Source: Amoebidium appalachense
Taxonomy: Eukaryota > Protista > Ichthyosporea
Direction: 5' to 3'
Assembly: GCA_963693365.1 (NCBI GenBank)
Contig: CAVNZM010000011.1
Location: 8,111,937 to 8,175,936, forward strand
DNA length: 64,000 nucleotides
Shown: piece by piece, positions 42,589 through 56,498 of the stretch
Layout: each line of letters starts with the position of its first letter
How positions within the stretch are numbered: the stretch's first letter is position 1
Notes under the pieces: model-generated
What the model was told of the DNA's origin: nothing
The model's input: only the letters and a program-made list of their open reading frames with translations
Database searches by the model: none
Program-made: the position numbers and the translations under genes

Positions 42589-43637
42589 GATCATGAGTGG
42601 TTACGGTGGATATAAGCGCACATTTGTTTGTGTGTGCGTGTGAACACTTGTTCTCTGCTAATGTGTGTTCTTGTCATATCCAGGGCATCAGACGGAGCCT
42701 GAAGCATTAGAAAATTGTGCGAGTGGATGCACCATTTATCGTGTTAAAAAAATAAAATAAAAAAAGGTGGAAACGCAAGAGGAGGTCCCGGCGGTGGGGG
42801 GGGGGGGGGGGGGGGGGGGGGATAGGACTTTACGCAGCATAGCTATATGGAAAGAACTTCAAAAATAATACCAAATGTTATTTGATATTATATGTACCGG
42901 GGCCCATGAAAAGAAATGAAGACAAACGACATAGGCTAACGTTACCTATGATTGTAGTCGAATATATTTGAAGTCCATCGATTTTGAGGCTAACAACACA
43001 TCTCCTTTATCATCTATGCACATCCCCCCCCCCTCCCCCCCCCCCCCCACTTTTCTCTTCTTGACCCTGTAACCCTTTTTACACCCTGTACTTCTGAGGA
43101 CTCCCGACACTCTAATCGAAACCCCCCCCCCCCCCCCCCCCCCCCCCCGCCACCCACCCACCCACCTCCCCCTCCCCCCTCCCCTCCCCCCTCCTCCCCG
43201 CTCCCCCCTCCCCTCCCTCTCCCGCCTCCCCCGCCTCCCCTCTCTCCCTTCCTGCCAGCCACAGCAGCTAGCCACACCCCAGAGGTCCGCCAGCCCCCCG
43301 TGTCCTTTCATCATGGATCTGCCTTCTTTTATACCATAAGTAACTCACTTCGTCCCCACCTCACTCAATATACCCGTTTCTGTTTTCTTTCTACTTGCGA
43401 CTACTCAGAAACGCGAGGCTTCTACGACTGAAAGCACTCTCGCAAACCGCCTTTTGGACGCACTGCATGAGCAGATATCTCCGCCTACCCACCCACCCAC
43501 CCACCTAGTGTAGGTGTGCATGCGTGCGTGCGTGCATGCATGCATGCATGTGCGCATGTGTGCGTGCGTCTGTTAGTGCATGAAGGGGGGGGGGAATGTG
43601 TGTGAGTGTGTATGTGTGTGTAAGCGGTGCTTAGTGT

Positions 43638-43679
<42 letters not shown>

Positions 43680-43821
43680 GCTTATGTGTGTGTGTGGGGG
43701 GGGGGGGGGGGGGGGGGGGGTGAGTATCTGTGGTGTGTGGTGCATGTGTGTGTTTATATCTCTTTTTGTGTTTGTATTTCTGTGTGGATTTGCGTGCACG
43801 TGTGTGTGTGAGTGTGTGTTC

Positions 43822-43861
<40 letters not shown>

Positions 43862-43906
43862 CGATGTACGAACTTTGTTTGGTAAAATGTGCGGGCACAC
43901 GTGCGC

Positions 43907-43937
<31 letters not shown>

Positions 43938-44778
43938 TGTTCGTGTGTGTGTGTGTGTGTGCGTGCGTGTGTGTGTGTGTGTGTGTGTGTGCTCGTGTGT
44001 GTGAGTGTGTTGTGTGTGTGTGTGTGTGTGTTTGTGTGTGTGTTTGTGGTTGTGTGTGTGTGTGTGTGTGTGTTCTGGGTACTCACATTTGTTTTGTTTA
44101 TTCGCACTTTGCAGATATTTTTAGTCCTCGGAGCAGGGGAACACGGTGGAGGGGGACGAGAGGGGGAGAGGTTGGGGGGATGAATATCTCCTGATGGAGT
44201 TTTTGAGCAGGAAGTGACGCAACAATACATGTAACGATAGGCTCCTAGACCACCACACCGTAGCCACCCTCTATGTACAACACCATATTGGGGGGGGGGG
44301 GGGGGGGGGGGGAGGGGAGGGGGGGAGGGGGGGGGGGGGGGTTGCAACGGTCGGTGTGTGTTTGCCATGAGGAAATCCAGATACGGGATGCTTTGCATGC
44401 GATCAAACACACACAGGCTGTTTAGTATCTAGCTGCCATAGATTTCTTTCATGCCCTTGTGTGCGTTGATATGCTATATGTAAGCAATGCCCGGCAGTGT
44501 ACCGGCCCGTATATGGTTATGAGATGCTTGTAACGGTTTATGGTGAATATGACACCTGGGGTGTTGTCATATTGGCCGGTGGGAGCGGCAAATTTAAATA
44601 AATGTGCATTGATCCCCTATCCCAGTGCCAAGTAGCCTCGGGGTGTATTTTTCCGATGTACATATCATGCATATGGGGCACATGTTGTGTTTCTGGATTG
44701 GCCGGAGGGAGCGGCCAATAGAGTGCAATGATCCCCTGTTTGTATGTGTGTGGGATGATGGGGCAGAGAAGGGGGATC

Positions 44779-44821
<43 letters not shown>

Positions 44822-44901
44822 GGGGGGAGGATACATGGGTGTGTGTTACACGGCGTGTGTGTGTCTATGTGTTGTGTTTGTGTGTGCGCACGCGTGCACG
44901 T

Positions 44902-44966
<65 letters not shown>

Positions 44967-45341
44967 CGTGAGTGCATGCATGTGTGCTTGTACATGTTGG
45001 GTAGTTATGTACGTCATAGAGTTTCTGTAAATTTCGCAATACATCCCCAGAAAGACCCCATGCAGATGTTTTGTTCACCGAAGGCCGTCAAGTTTGAAAT
45101 TTGCATATATACACGGTCGGCCCGAAAAACAAACATGGGCCACTGGGATATCGATATGTTCCTTAGAATGAGCACGGGGGATTTACATCGCCTGGGTCTT
45201 CTAATTCGGCTCGAGAAAACCTGGGTGTGCCATGCATGGGCAGTGTTTGTTCTTCATCATCAATGATTCCGAATCTCGACTTGTTTCTTTCAGAATCTTT
45301 CTTTCTTCCTTGTTTTTATTCTTTTTTCTTTTTTTTTTTTT

Positions 45342-45372
<31 letters not shown>

Positions 45373-45646
45373 GTTGAATGTGGTATCGATGCCATAGAAT
45401 ACACGGTGGACAACCCAACAAAGCAGTTTGCAACACACACACAAAGTCAGTCCATCCTCAGGGGATGGCCAAGTCATCCCCAGTACTCAGTTTGGGGTCC
45501 ATTTGCCTCGTCAACAAACCCCAATGCACATTCAGCTTCACTTGTCCAGATATGGCTATTCGTGGCTACCTGGGCACAGGCAGCACCGTGCTTGCGTGGC
45601 CACATGGTGGAAATCCATCATTACCATATATGGCAATTCGGTTTGC

Positions 45647-45687
<41 letters not shown>

Positions 45688-45710
45688 TGTGTGTGTGTGT
45701 GTGTCTGTGT

Positions 45711-45750
<40 letters not shown>

Positions 45751-45788
45751 TCGTGTGTGCCCGCGCGTCTCTCTGACGATTTGTATGT

Positions 45789-45852
<64 letters not shown>

Positions 45853-45858
45853 ATATGC

Positions 45859-45889
<31 letters not shown>

Positions 45890-46078
45890 CGTGTGTGTGT
45901 GCATGGGCAGGGGCTGGCTTTAAGTTATATCTTTTCCGTTGAAGTACCTCACCCCCATTCCCAGCCTGAATCTTTGCACGTGCGCGTTAGAAAATTTTCA
46001 TTCCCTCCTTAAATTTTGTCGGTGGGTATGGGTGTGGAGGGCCAGTTTGTGCACGTGTGTGGGTGTGTGTGTGGGTAT

Positions 46079-46169
<91 letters not shown>

Positions 46170-46379
46170 GGGGGGAGGGGGGGGGGGGGGGGAGGGGGTC
46201 GACGGGGAGGGAGGGAAGGGGGTACTGGGAAAGGTGTCGGCTGAGCACGGGATAGCAGACTGCATGGAGTGGAGGTGGCAAAGACAAGACCACAAAAGAA
46301 ATATTTGTTTTTAATTCAACCATTACTAAGGGCATAGCGATTTACATCCACGATAGTCTACATTGTAAGGCTTCATCTT

Positions 46380-46712
46380 TTTACACTACATTCATTTGTC
46401 TACATTAATTTATTTAGTCTACACTAGAAACATTCACAGACGTTTACACAAAACTGTATCAGACAGTATCCGGCTGACTTTCGTACACGTGCACTGAAAC
46501 TTTATCAACATTCTACACTGAAACATCTTAAGACTGTATCAGACTTTAACACTTTATACACAAGACACTTTACCAGACTTTCTACACTGACACTTTAACT
46601 TGATTAGAATTTATCACACTTTGACTTTCTACACTGAAACTTCAACTTTATCAGACTTTAACACACTTTATATACTAACTAGAAACTTTATGCGAACTTT
46701 GAAACTCGCATA
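46380..46712. repeat. Degenerate short tandem repeat (ACTTT / CTACACTGAAAC-type) 3' of the orphan ORF; mirror copy ~58862-59200
   Basis: Repeated AGACTTT, ACACTTT, AAACTTT and CTACACTGA motifs. Confidence 0.7.
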
Positions 46713-46859
46713 AGAGCATAAGGCAGACGCACGACCCTCGGTGGTTGCAGTCTGGCCGCCCAGTGGAACCCTGTGTGCCCTTGCCGTGGTGCACCCCCCG
46801 AACAACTTCCGACCATCCCCACCACTGCGTGGGTGTCGGTGGATGAATGCACAGGGGGT

Positions 46860-47441
46860 TTACGGCACCACGGCGGAGGGCTCACTTTGGGTGCGGCCAA
46901 ACAGGCGGCACAGGCCAGCCCTTGCTTTGCAGCCCAGCTTTGCGGCCAGTCGAGTAACAGCGCGCGGCTTTTTCTGCTTCTGCGCGCTTTTTGGGTCGAC
47001 CGTGGCCTCGGCAGCTACCTGGGCAGCCAACTCCGCGGCCCTCCGGGCTTCCTTCAGGGCTGGATACTCTGCCTCAAACTTGGCTATACGGTCTAGGTAG
47101 GCCTGGTCGAAGGTGGGGGGCGGTGCGCGCTTGCGCGGCACCACAGCGGGCAGTGCTGTGTTTTGGCGCCACCTGCAGGCAAAGTTCCAGACAGTGGTGC
47201 TCACGGCGCACAGTAGCGCCCACGTGGCCAGAAAAGTCTCCTTGAACGAAGGCCCGCCGAACAGCAGCTCATGCACCGCCGGCTGCATGTTTTCAACGCA
47301 GCACACCAAATGGCTCACGGCCCATGCGCACAGTGGCTCCCACACGGCCAGAAGGGCGCCCTTCAGCGACGGGCACACGTGCAGAAGAAACTGCACCAGC
47401 AGAACGAGTTCAATAAAAAACGTCTGCACCCGTGGGGCCAT
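46860..47441 (-). CDS. Intronless hypothetical protein, copy 1 (193 aa)
   Basis: GC-rich ORF MAPRVQTFF...SAVVP with AAAAGAATGG start context. Intact in both arms. Confidence 0.55.
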   Translation of the reverse strand: MAPRVQTFFIELVLLVQFLLHVCPSLKGALLAVWEPLCAWAVSHLVCCVENMQPAVHELLFGGPSFKETFLATWALLCAVSTTVWNFACRWRQNTALPAVVPRKRAPPPTFDQAYLDRIAKFEAEYPALKEARRAAELAAQVAAEATVDPKSAQKQKKPRAVTRLAAKLGCKARAGLCRLFGRTQSEPSAVVP

Positions 47442-48147
47442 TCTTTTCAAGTTTTGACTAAGTTCTGTGTTGTGAAGGGCTTTTACACCACTTCGGTTTG
47501 TTTTGTTCGGAGTGTTTGCTCCGTGCCACGCTGCTCTATCTAAAGGCTTGTTGCCTGCTGCTACTCAACTACTTTGTGTTCGTCCAGTGTTTCAGGCTAT
47601 TCAGTATGGCTTTTGTCGACTTCAATGTTTTCAATTGAGTCGTTTTTCGTTTTGGTTCTACAAAGCCTATGTTCTTTCGATTTGAACTGAATAGAGTTGA
47701 GCGTGGATTGACACATATCGGCCGCTTGCAAGCGGCTATATAGCTTTAGGCAAGATCATTGGTATGCAGTTGGCACCTCAAATCCGTGACATAGAATATA
47801 AAGTAGGCTCTAAACACTAATGAAATCGTCTTGGCCAATTTTGAATTGTGCTGGCAAAAGATCCATCCGGCACGTCTAACCAGTTGCGTCACCGGCCACA
47901 CGTACAGCAATGGGTGGGGCTGAAACAGTGACAGAAAAACATTTTTCATCAGAGAGAATCGGTCAATATGCTGCTTGATAAAAACCGTTTTTTTGAATCT
48001 CTGTTCTTCAGGTATATTGATGCTTTTGTGCTGTGCTACGACACCGTTCTCCACTTTGAACATAGCTTATCCGTTAGCTTCTCAGATTCTGTTTTGCCCC
48101 TCTTCTCGCCATCGTTACGATCGTTGATTGGTCGTACCATGGTTGCA

Positions 48148-48348
48148 TGATCAGAAGGCGGCTCACCGCGGCTGAGCCACTGTGAGCCAGCCGCTGTGAC
48201 GTCACTGACCATCATTCATGAGCGCTACGGTACGCATGAGCAGTACGCATGAGCAGTACGTGCACACGTATCATGCGTGCTCTTCAGATCTCTATCACCC
48301 ATGGTATGTGTGTTGCGTGTGTGCCCGCACGTGAGTGTGTGTGTGAGT

Positions 48349-48421
<73 letters not shown>

Positions 48422-48871
48422 TGTGCGTGCTTGTGCGTGCTTTGTGCCCACCCACCCACATAAACAGCATGGCACGTACCAGCTGTGATCTGGCGATCGT
48501 GTGGGGCTGTCCGTAATAGGCAATGGAATGTGGGTACCGATATACACTTCTGAACGGCGTTCAGTGTGTGTCCAATACGGTTGAATATTTTGCCGTACCT
48601 CTCCTTAAAACTGTGGGAACTAAAAGTCAGAAAACACACAGAGAGAGAGCCTCGAAAGAGAGAGAAGGGGATGAGACACAGGGAGACAGAGATGGAAGAC
48701 AGTGTGTGTGTGTGACATGTAGAGAAAGAGAAAGAGATGAGGGGGGGGAGGGGGGAGGGGGGGGGGGGGAGAGTGAGAGTCTGCAAGAGAGACCGGGGGG
48801 GGGGGGGGGAGGGGGGGAATAAATCAAGGGGGGGGGGGGGGAGAAGGGGAAGATAGGGGGGAAAGGGAGGG

Positions 48872-48921
<50 letters not shown>

Positions 48922-49250
48922 GAAGAGGGAGGCGAAGGGGAGTGAGCAAGGAAGGAACAAGAAACAAAAGAGGTGTTCAAACCTGTGTGCGCGTGTCATA
49001 TGTCTTTAAGGGGACTAGGAACTGCGGGAGCTATGGGGAGCCCGGGGGAGGGGGGTGGGCGAGGATAAAAAGGGAGGAGGGTGGGGGGTGGGGTTGGGGG
49101 TTGGGACGGGGTGGGAGGCTCCTACAGATTTAGAGCCACCATGAAGGTGGAGCCGTCGCAGGGGGTCGTTGTCTTTCAGTGTGGGTGTGTGAATGTGGGT
49201 TTGCGCGCGCGCGCGCGTGTGTGCGTGTGTGTGTGTGTGTGTGTGCGTGC

Positions 49251-49319
<69 letters not shown>

Positions 49320-49808
49320 TACACACACACGTGTCGGCGCATAAGTGTGCATGTGTGTTTGGGAGGGGCAAGGGGGGAGGGGAAGGGGGGGGGGAAGGGA
49401 GGGGTCAAGCAGTGACCTTTTAGTCAAGTGGTCTGCAAACAAAGGAAGGCGACAAGAGAGAGGAGGAGAGAGGAAAAGGGGGGAGGAGGAGGAGGAGGGG
49501 GGAGGGGGGCCCGGGGGGGGGGGGGGGGGGGGGGGCGGGGGTGAGGGGTCGCTTACAATCAATCATGTGTGTGCTCGTGTGTATGTGTGCATGTATGCAA
49601 ACGTGCAAAGCCCCATTCACGTACATTCTATGGCATCCATTCACGTACATTTCATGGCATAGTGAAAGGAATGAAAAGCTGCGGCAAAGGGAAACGACTT
49701 AAACCGCGAGCTAGTTTTGGAAACGTCGACCGGATGAGAATATGGGGTTGGGGGGGGTGTGGTGGTGGGGGGGGTGGGTGGGTGGGTGGGGGTGAGGGTG
49801 GGAACAGT

Positions 49809-49843
<35 letters not shown>

Positions 49844-50296
49844 GGAGGCATTCACCTTTATCTGCAATGTCTGTCTCGTAGTTTTTGCACAATCTTGCCT
49901 GGGGGAAAAGAACGAAAGGCGGAGAACTTGGAAACAGAAAAAAGAGAAGAAAAACCCGGTCAAACTAGTTGGCGGAGACCGGGACGGGGGAGAGCAAGTG
50001 CACACAACCACACACACACGCACAAGCATGCACAAGCACGCACAAGCACACACACACACACACAGACACACACACACACACACTCACACACTCACACACT
50101 CACACACTCACACACTCACACACACACTCACGTGCGGGCACACACGCACACACATACCATCGGTGATAGAGAGAAGAGCACGCATGATACGTGTGCACGT
50201 ACTGCTCATGCGTACCGTAGCGCTCATGAATGATGGTCAGTGACGTCACAGCGGCTGGCTCACGGTGGCTCAGCCGCGTGAGCCGCCTTCTGATCA
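48148..50296. mobile_element. TIR-bounded element (~280-bp TIRs starting TGATCAGAAGGCGGCTCA) enclosing captured exons
   Basis: Inverted copies at 48148-~48440 and ~50020-50296, third copy ending at 56681. Similarity stops sharply at TGATCA. GGCTCA/TGAGCC subterminal repeats. No TSD found. Confidence 0.55.
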
Positions 50297-50656
50297 CGTT
50301 GTCCGACGAGGCTTTCAGTGTGGGCAGGCTGTGAATTTACTGTTTTGACCAGGGGCATTTCGGGCCTACGGCCCGAAGCCCGATGACCCTAACCGTGCCA
50401 AAAGCCACGGGGGGTATATTTTTACCCCCCCCCCCCCCCCCCCCCGCCGCGGTGTACGTGACTGCGTACGTCGTATACTTGTGTACGTGTGTCTACTGCC
50501 AATGTGTGTGCGTGTGTGTGCGTACGCGTATGTGTGCGTGCACTGCAGTGTGTGCAACGGTGCGTGTGTGTGTGCCTTTGGTATAGCTCTGGCGTGTCTC
50601 ATATGCGTGTATGTACATGTGCCTGTGTGTGCCGTGTAACACCAGTCTCAGCACGG

Positions 50657-50741
<85 letters not shown>

Positions 50742-51254
50742 TTTATGTGTGTGTGCAGTATGTGTACGTGTGTGTACGTGTGTGTGTGTGATGCATGTGT
50801 GTGTGTGAGTACACTCAGTACAATGGCATGCGCTTGAATCTGACATTGCTATAGTTTCTCAAAGAACGGTTTGCCTTGCACCCTGATTTATAAATATGTA
50901 CCTTCCACTACAGTGGCCATCATTCACCACCCGGACTCGCGGTAAGATCCTAGGGGATGCTAGTAGGGCACCAGGCCACTAGTAAGATCTACTTATTATA
51001 ACTAGACTAAACTCTGAGGCATCCAACGCTGCCCATACACTAGACTATGTCACACTACCCACTAATCTATTATAACCAAGCTATTTATCGAGCTTGCACA
51101 CTATTATAATTCGCTATTTTTTTTAAAAAAAAAAAAAAAAAGAAAAAGAAAAAAAGAAGAAAAAAAATTATAAACACACACACACCACAAACACACACAC
51201 ACACACACACTGTGTGGGTGTGTGAATGTGGGTTTGCGCGCGCGCGCGCGTGTG

Positions 51255-51314
<60 letters not shown>

Positions 51315-51452
51315 TAAACACACACGTGTCGGCGCATAAGTGTGCCATTGTGGATTGGCCCGGAGGGAGCGGCCAATAAGGTGCAATGATCCCCTGTTTG
51401 TATTTGTGGGGGATGATGGGGCAGAGAAGGGGGATCCGGAGGAGGGGGGGGT

Positions 51453-51487
<35 letters not shown>

Positions 51488-51554
51488 AGATACGTGGGTG
51501 TGTGTTACACGGCGTGTGTGTGTCTGTGTTGTGTTTGTGCGTGCGCACGCGTGC

Positions 51555-51647
<93 letters not shown>

Positions 51648-52060
51648 CATGAGTGCATGCATGTGTGCTTGTACATGTTGGGTAGTTATGTACGTCATAG
51701 AGTTTCTGTAAATTTCGCAATACATCCCCCCCGCTCCCCTTCATCATACCATTTTGGACCCACACAACCACCCATACCTCCACTCACCCAACCTAACCCC
51801 TTTTCCGGAATCTACTGCCTCCCTCCCCTCCCTCTCCCCTCCCTCTCCCCTCCCTCCCCACCCCCTTATATCCCCTCTTCCCCTCCATTAGTCATGCCCC
51901 TCCCCCTCGCCCCCCCATCCCCTCCCCCCTCCGCCCCTCCCCCCGGCCACCACATCCACCATCACTACTTCGATTAACAACACCACCCACCCACTCCACC
52001 ATTTCCTCACACCCTCACATGCATGACACATACACCCCTACCCACTCTACCCACTCACAG

Positions 52061-53007
52061 TACACCAAAGTGCCTGGGCGTGCGCAAGACCCCATCGAGT
52101 CCCCCCCAGGAGGACAAAGCCGGGCCATCCCAGCCAACCGGAGCCCAGCCCAAAGACACTCTGCAAGGCGGTATAGCGCTTCAGAACCTGCCGGTATGTG
52201 TTTCTCTAATTTCCTTTCTTTCTTTCTTCCTTCCTTATGTTCTTTTCCGTCTTTTTATATTCAAAGGGTTTCCGATAGCACTAGACACCTTAATAAAGCA
52301 TGGCTGTGTGTGATGTAACAAACGCTGGGGGTATGGTGGTGGTGGTGGCGGCGGCGGTAGTCACACACAGTGGTGGTGATGGTGGGGAGGGGGGGGGGGG
52401 GGAGGGGGGGGGAGGAGGGGGGAGGGGGGAGGGGGGGACATAAAGGGGGAAGCCTGTGTGAGGGGGTTGATGGAGTTGACATGCATGCGTGATGTTCATA
52501 TCCATGCTTACTCTCTCAGTTCCTGTGTGGTGTACATGTGCCAGTGGTACCTATGGATTCGTTCACAGCGGCTGGTGTGTCTCGTTATTTGTGTATGTTT
52601 CATACATGGGTTTATGTGGAAAACGTTTAACAACCCCCCCCCCCCCCCCCCCCCCCCCCCAACCTCCTCCTCCCCCTTTCTTTCCTGTTTCATTTACTCT
52701 TTCTCCCCCCCCCCCCTCCCTCCCTCCCCCTCCTTCCTGTTCCTTTCATTCCTCTTTTTTATTTATTTATTACTTTTGCAGAAAGAGAATCTGGTCGAGC
52801 AGCTTGTGTCTGCGGGTGCAAAGGTGGCTGTCGGAGATGGTGAGGCAGACTGGCTTGATTGGTCCCCCCCTGTGCCTGAGTGGTCTGGGGAGAGAAGTGT
52901 GCTCGAGCAACTACGGGCAGTGGGTGGGGGGCAGGTGGAGGCTGTGGTGTCTGGGCCCATGGAGAAAGTACTGGAAGATTGCAGCGTTTATGTGACCGAG
53001 GAGCAGA

Positions 53008-53068
<61 letters not shown>

Positions 53069-53476
53069 TGGGTGTGGGTGTGTCTTTTGGGGAAGAGAGG
53101 GGGTCAAGGTGTGTATGCCGAGTGTGAAAAGGGGGGGGGGGGGGGGGGGGGGAGAGAGAGAGAGAGAGAGAGAAGGACAGCGACTATGGATGCAGGCAAG
53201 GTAGGAGGGAACAGACATGGCAAATGGAAGGGGTGGGGATGAGGGGTGAAAGGAGGGTTATGCTTAGCCCCACATCTCCTTCTTCCTCCTCCCTCCCTCC
53301 CTCCCTCCCCCTCCCCCTCCCCCCCCCCCCCCCCCAAACGCCCCTCTTCCCATTTTCAAGGTGGTACTGATAGTGGTGGTTGAAGTAGTGGTGGTCGATG
53401 TGCGGCGAGTGCATGTGTGTCTGTGTTGACTTTCATACTAATATTTATTTCCGTTCGTTTTTTTTTTTTTTTTTTT

Positions 53477-53531
<55 letters not shown>

Positions 53532-53750
53532 ATAATAGATCTGTTTCAATTGTAAGCCAATACCTCAGCCTTGCCGCGACCTCACCAGCATCTACTTCTG
53601 CATGGGCCGGAACACACACCCTACAATGTCTTCCCCCCCCCCCCCCTCCCCCTCCCCCCCGCCCCTTCTCCCTCCCTCCGTCTCTCCCCTCCCTCCTCAC
53701 TCCATCACACCTACACGCACCCATACAGACAAGCACCACACATGCACACG

Positions 53751-53808
<58 letters not shown>

Positions 53809-54387
53809 CACGCGCGCGCGCGCGCGCGCGCGCGCACGAACGCACAAACGCACGGCCACACGCACGCACGCACGCACGCACACGCACGCACACACACACA
53901 CACACACACACATCTGCAGGCCTACCTTATGCACAAGGCACAGCAAGTTGGTGAGAAGGTGATGACGGCGTCTGAAGAAGATGAGGAAAAGATGAAGGAA
54001 ACAATCAAGGACACACTCATTTGGCTGAGGGGGGAGAACGGGCAACGGGGGGTCAAGGCGTCGTCCGAGAGCCTGAAGGGCAAGTCGGATGACAAGGAGA
54101 GGTGGGTTCATTGCTTGTGCGTTTGCGTGTTGTGTGAACAGTGTGTGTGTTGGAGGGGGGCGGTTAGGGGGGGGGGGGGGGGGGGGAGGGGGGGGGAATT
54201 GTGTTGTGTGTGTGTGTGTAGTTTTCTAATGTGTTTGTGGCGATGGAGGAGACGTGGGGGGGAGGGGGTGGGGTGGGTGGGTTGGAGGATAGCAAAGAGT
54301 AGGTAGGGAACGGAGCAGTTTAGAGGACGGAGCTTCGTAGTAGTGGTGTGTGTGTGTGTGGATGGGTTGGTTAGTTTTTTTTTTTTT

Positions 54388-54418
<31 letters not shown>

Positions 54419-54713
54419 GGTTGTTGTTGTTGTTTGGGGGGGGGGGGGGGGGGAGGGGGGGAATAAGAACTTGAAACATGTCAAAGCAAAGCCGTGGCGG
54501 GCCAGGGATGATGGAGGTGACCGTTTTTCTTTCATTATTTCTTTCTTCCTTTCAATTTGTTTTTACGTGTGTGTGTGTGTTTTGTGTTGTCGGTGGTCAG
54601 AAGGGGGATGAAACAGCGGCGGCCGGGGGGGAAGAGGAGGAGGAGGAGGGGAGGGGGAAGGGGCGGAGAAGGCGGGGAAGAAAATGGTGGTGGTGGTGGT
54701 GGGTGGTGGTGGT

Positions 54714-54748
<35 letters not shown>

Positions 54749-55590
54749 GGGGCTTGGGAAGATATAGCTATTGGTTTTTTTTAACGGTTCCTCCTCCCCA
54801 AAAAAAGGGGAGGGAGGGGGGAGGTGGGGTAGGGAAGGGGAGGAGGAGGAAGGGAGGGGGGGGGGGGGGGGGGGGGGGGGATATAACCCAGAAACCAGAA
54901 GTTAGTTTGCGACATATTCCAACCCAGTGTTTCCCCCCACAGGGCTGAGGCGGGCTACTCAGAGTACATGCTCGGTAGCATGGTGGGCTGGGTGTTTGAC
55001 CGGGTTTTTCTTCTCTTTTTTCTGCTTCCAAGTTCTCCGCCTTTTGTTCTTTTCCCTCGGGCAAGATTGGGCAAAAACTACGAGACAGACATTGCAGATA
55101 AAGGTGAATGCTCCCCCCCCCCCCCCCCCCCCCTCCCCCCACCCACCCCCCCACCACCACACCCCCCCCCAACCCCATATTCTCATCCGGTCGACGTTTC
55201 CAAAACTAGCTCGCGGTTTAAGGCGTTTCCCTTTGCCGCAGCTTTTCATTCCTTTCACTATGCCATGAAATGTACGTGAATGGATGCCATGAAATGTACG
55301 TGAATGGGGCTTTGCACGTTTGCATACATGCACACATACAACACACGAGCACACACATGATTGATTGTGAGCGACCCCTCACCCCCCCCCCCCCCCCGGC
55401 CCCCTCCCCCCTCCTCCTCCTCCTCCCCCCTTTTCCTCTCTCCTCCTCTCTCTTGTCGCCTTCCTTTGTTTGCAGACCACTTGACTAAAAGGTCACTGCT
55501 TGACCCCTCCCCTTCCCCCCCCCCCTCCGGCCCTCCCCCCTTGCCCCTCCCAAACACACATGCACACTTATGCGCCGACACGTGTGTGTA

Positions 55591-55642
<52 letters not shown>

Positions 55643-56305
55643 CACGCGCGCGCGCGCGCGCAAACCCACATTCACACACCCACACTGAAAGACAACGACC
55701 CCCTGCGACGGCTCCACCTTCATGGTGGCTCTAAATCTGTAGGAGCCTCCCACCCCGTCCCAACCCCCAACCCCCACCCCCCACCCTCCTCCCTTTTTAT
55801 CCTCGCCCACCCCCCTCCCCCGGGCTCCCCATAGCTCCCGCAGTTCCTAGTCCCCTTAAAGACATCCGACACGCGCACACAGGTTTGAACACCTCTTTTG
55901 CTTCTTGTTCCTTCCTTGCTCACTCCCCTTCGCCTCCCTCTTCTCCCCCCCCCCCCCCCCCCGCCCTCCCTTTCCCCCCCTATCTTCCCCTTCTCCCCCC
56001 CCCCCCCCCTCTCGATTTATTCCCCCCCCCCTCCCCCCCCCCCCCCGGTCTCTCTTGCAGACTCTCACTCTCCCCCCCCCCCCCTCCCCCCCTCCCCCCC
56101 TCCATCTCTTTCTCTTTCTCTATATGTCACACACACACACTGCCTTCCATCTCTGTCTCCCTGTGTCTCCTCCCCCTTCTCTCTCTTTCGAGGCTCTCTC
56201 TCTGTGTGTTTTCTGACTTTTAGTTCCCACAGTTTTAAGGAGAGGTATGGCAAAATATTCAACCGTATCGGACACACACTGAACGCCGTTCAGAAGTGTA
56301 TATCG
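52061..56305 (+). pseudogene. Seven-exon internal fragment of an uncharacterised gene, possibly PD-(D/E)xK nuclease-like
   Basis: Phase-consistent GT-AG exons 52061-52193, 52782-53009, 53920-54101, 54943-55103, 55242-55271, 55476-55491, 56233-56305. No start or stop exon found. The two micro-exons are the least certain. Confidence 0.6.
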
Positions 56306-56426
56306 GTACCCACATTCCATTGCCTATTACGGACAGCCCCACACGATCGCCAGATCACAGCTGGTACGTGCCATGCTGTTTATGTGGGTGGGTGGGCACA
56401 AAGCACGCACAAGCACGCACACGCGC

Positions 56427-56498
<72 letters not shown>

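Larger units (their letters stand above)
43508..49965. repeat. Left arm of large inverted duplication
   Basis: Reverse complement of 54994-62491. Outer ends GTGTAGGTGTGCATG / CATGCACACCTACAC; inner ends CCCGGTCAAAC / GTTTGACCGGG. Mirrored ORFs appear throughout the track. Confidence 0.95.

Noticed and set aside
42300-43490. Possible + strand exons (e.g. KREASTTESTLANRLLDALHEQ) before the left arm
   Set aside because: Could not build a phase-consistent model or recognise a family.
46380-46712. CRISPR-like array
   Set aside because: Units are short, degenerate and irregular with no unique spacers. Eukaryotic context, no cas genes.
47721-47745. Palindromes GCCGCTTGCAAGCGGC and GCTATATAGC
   Set aside because: Short, with no supporting context.
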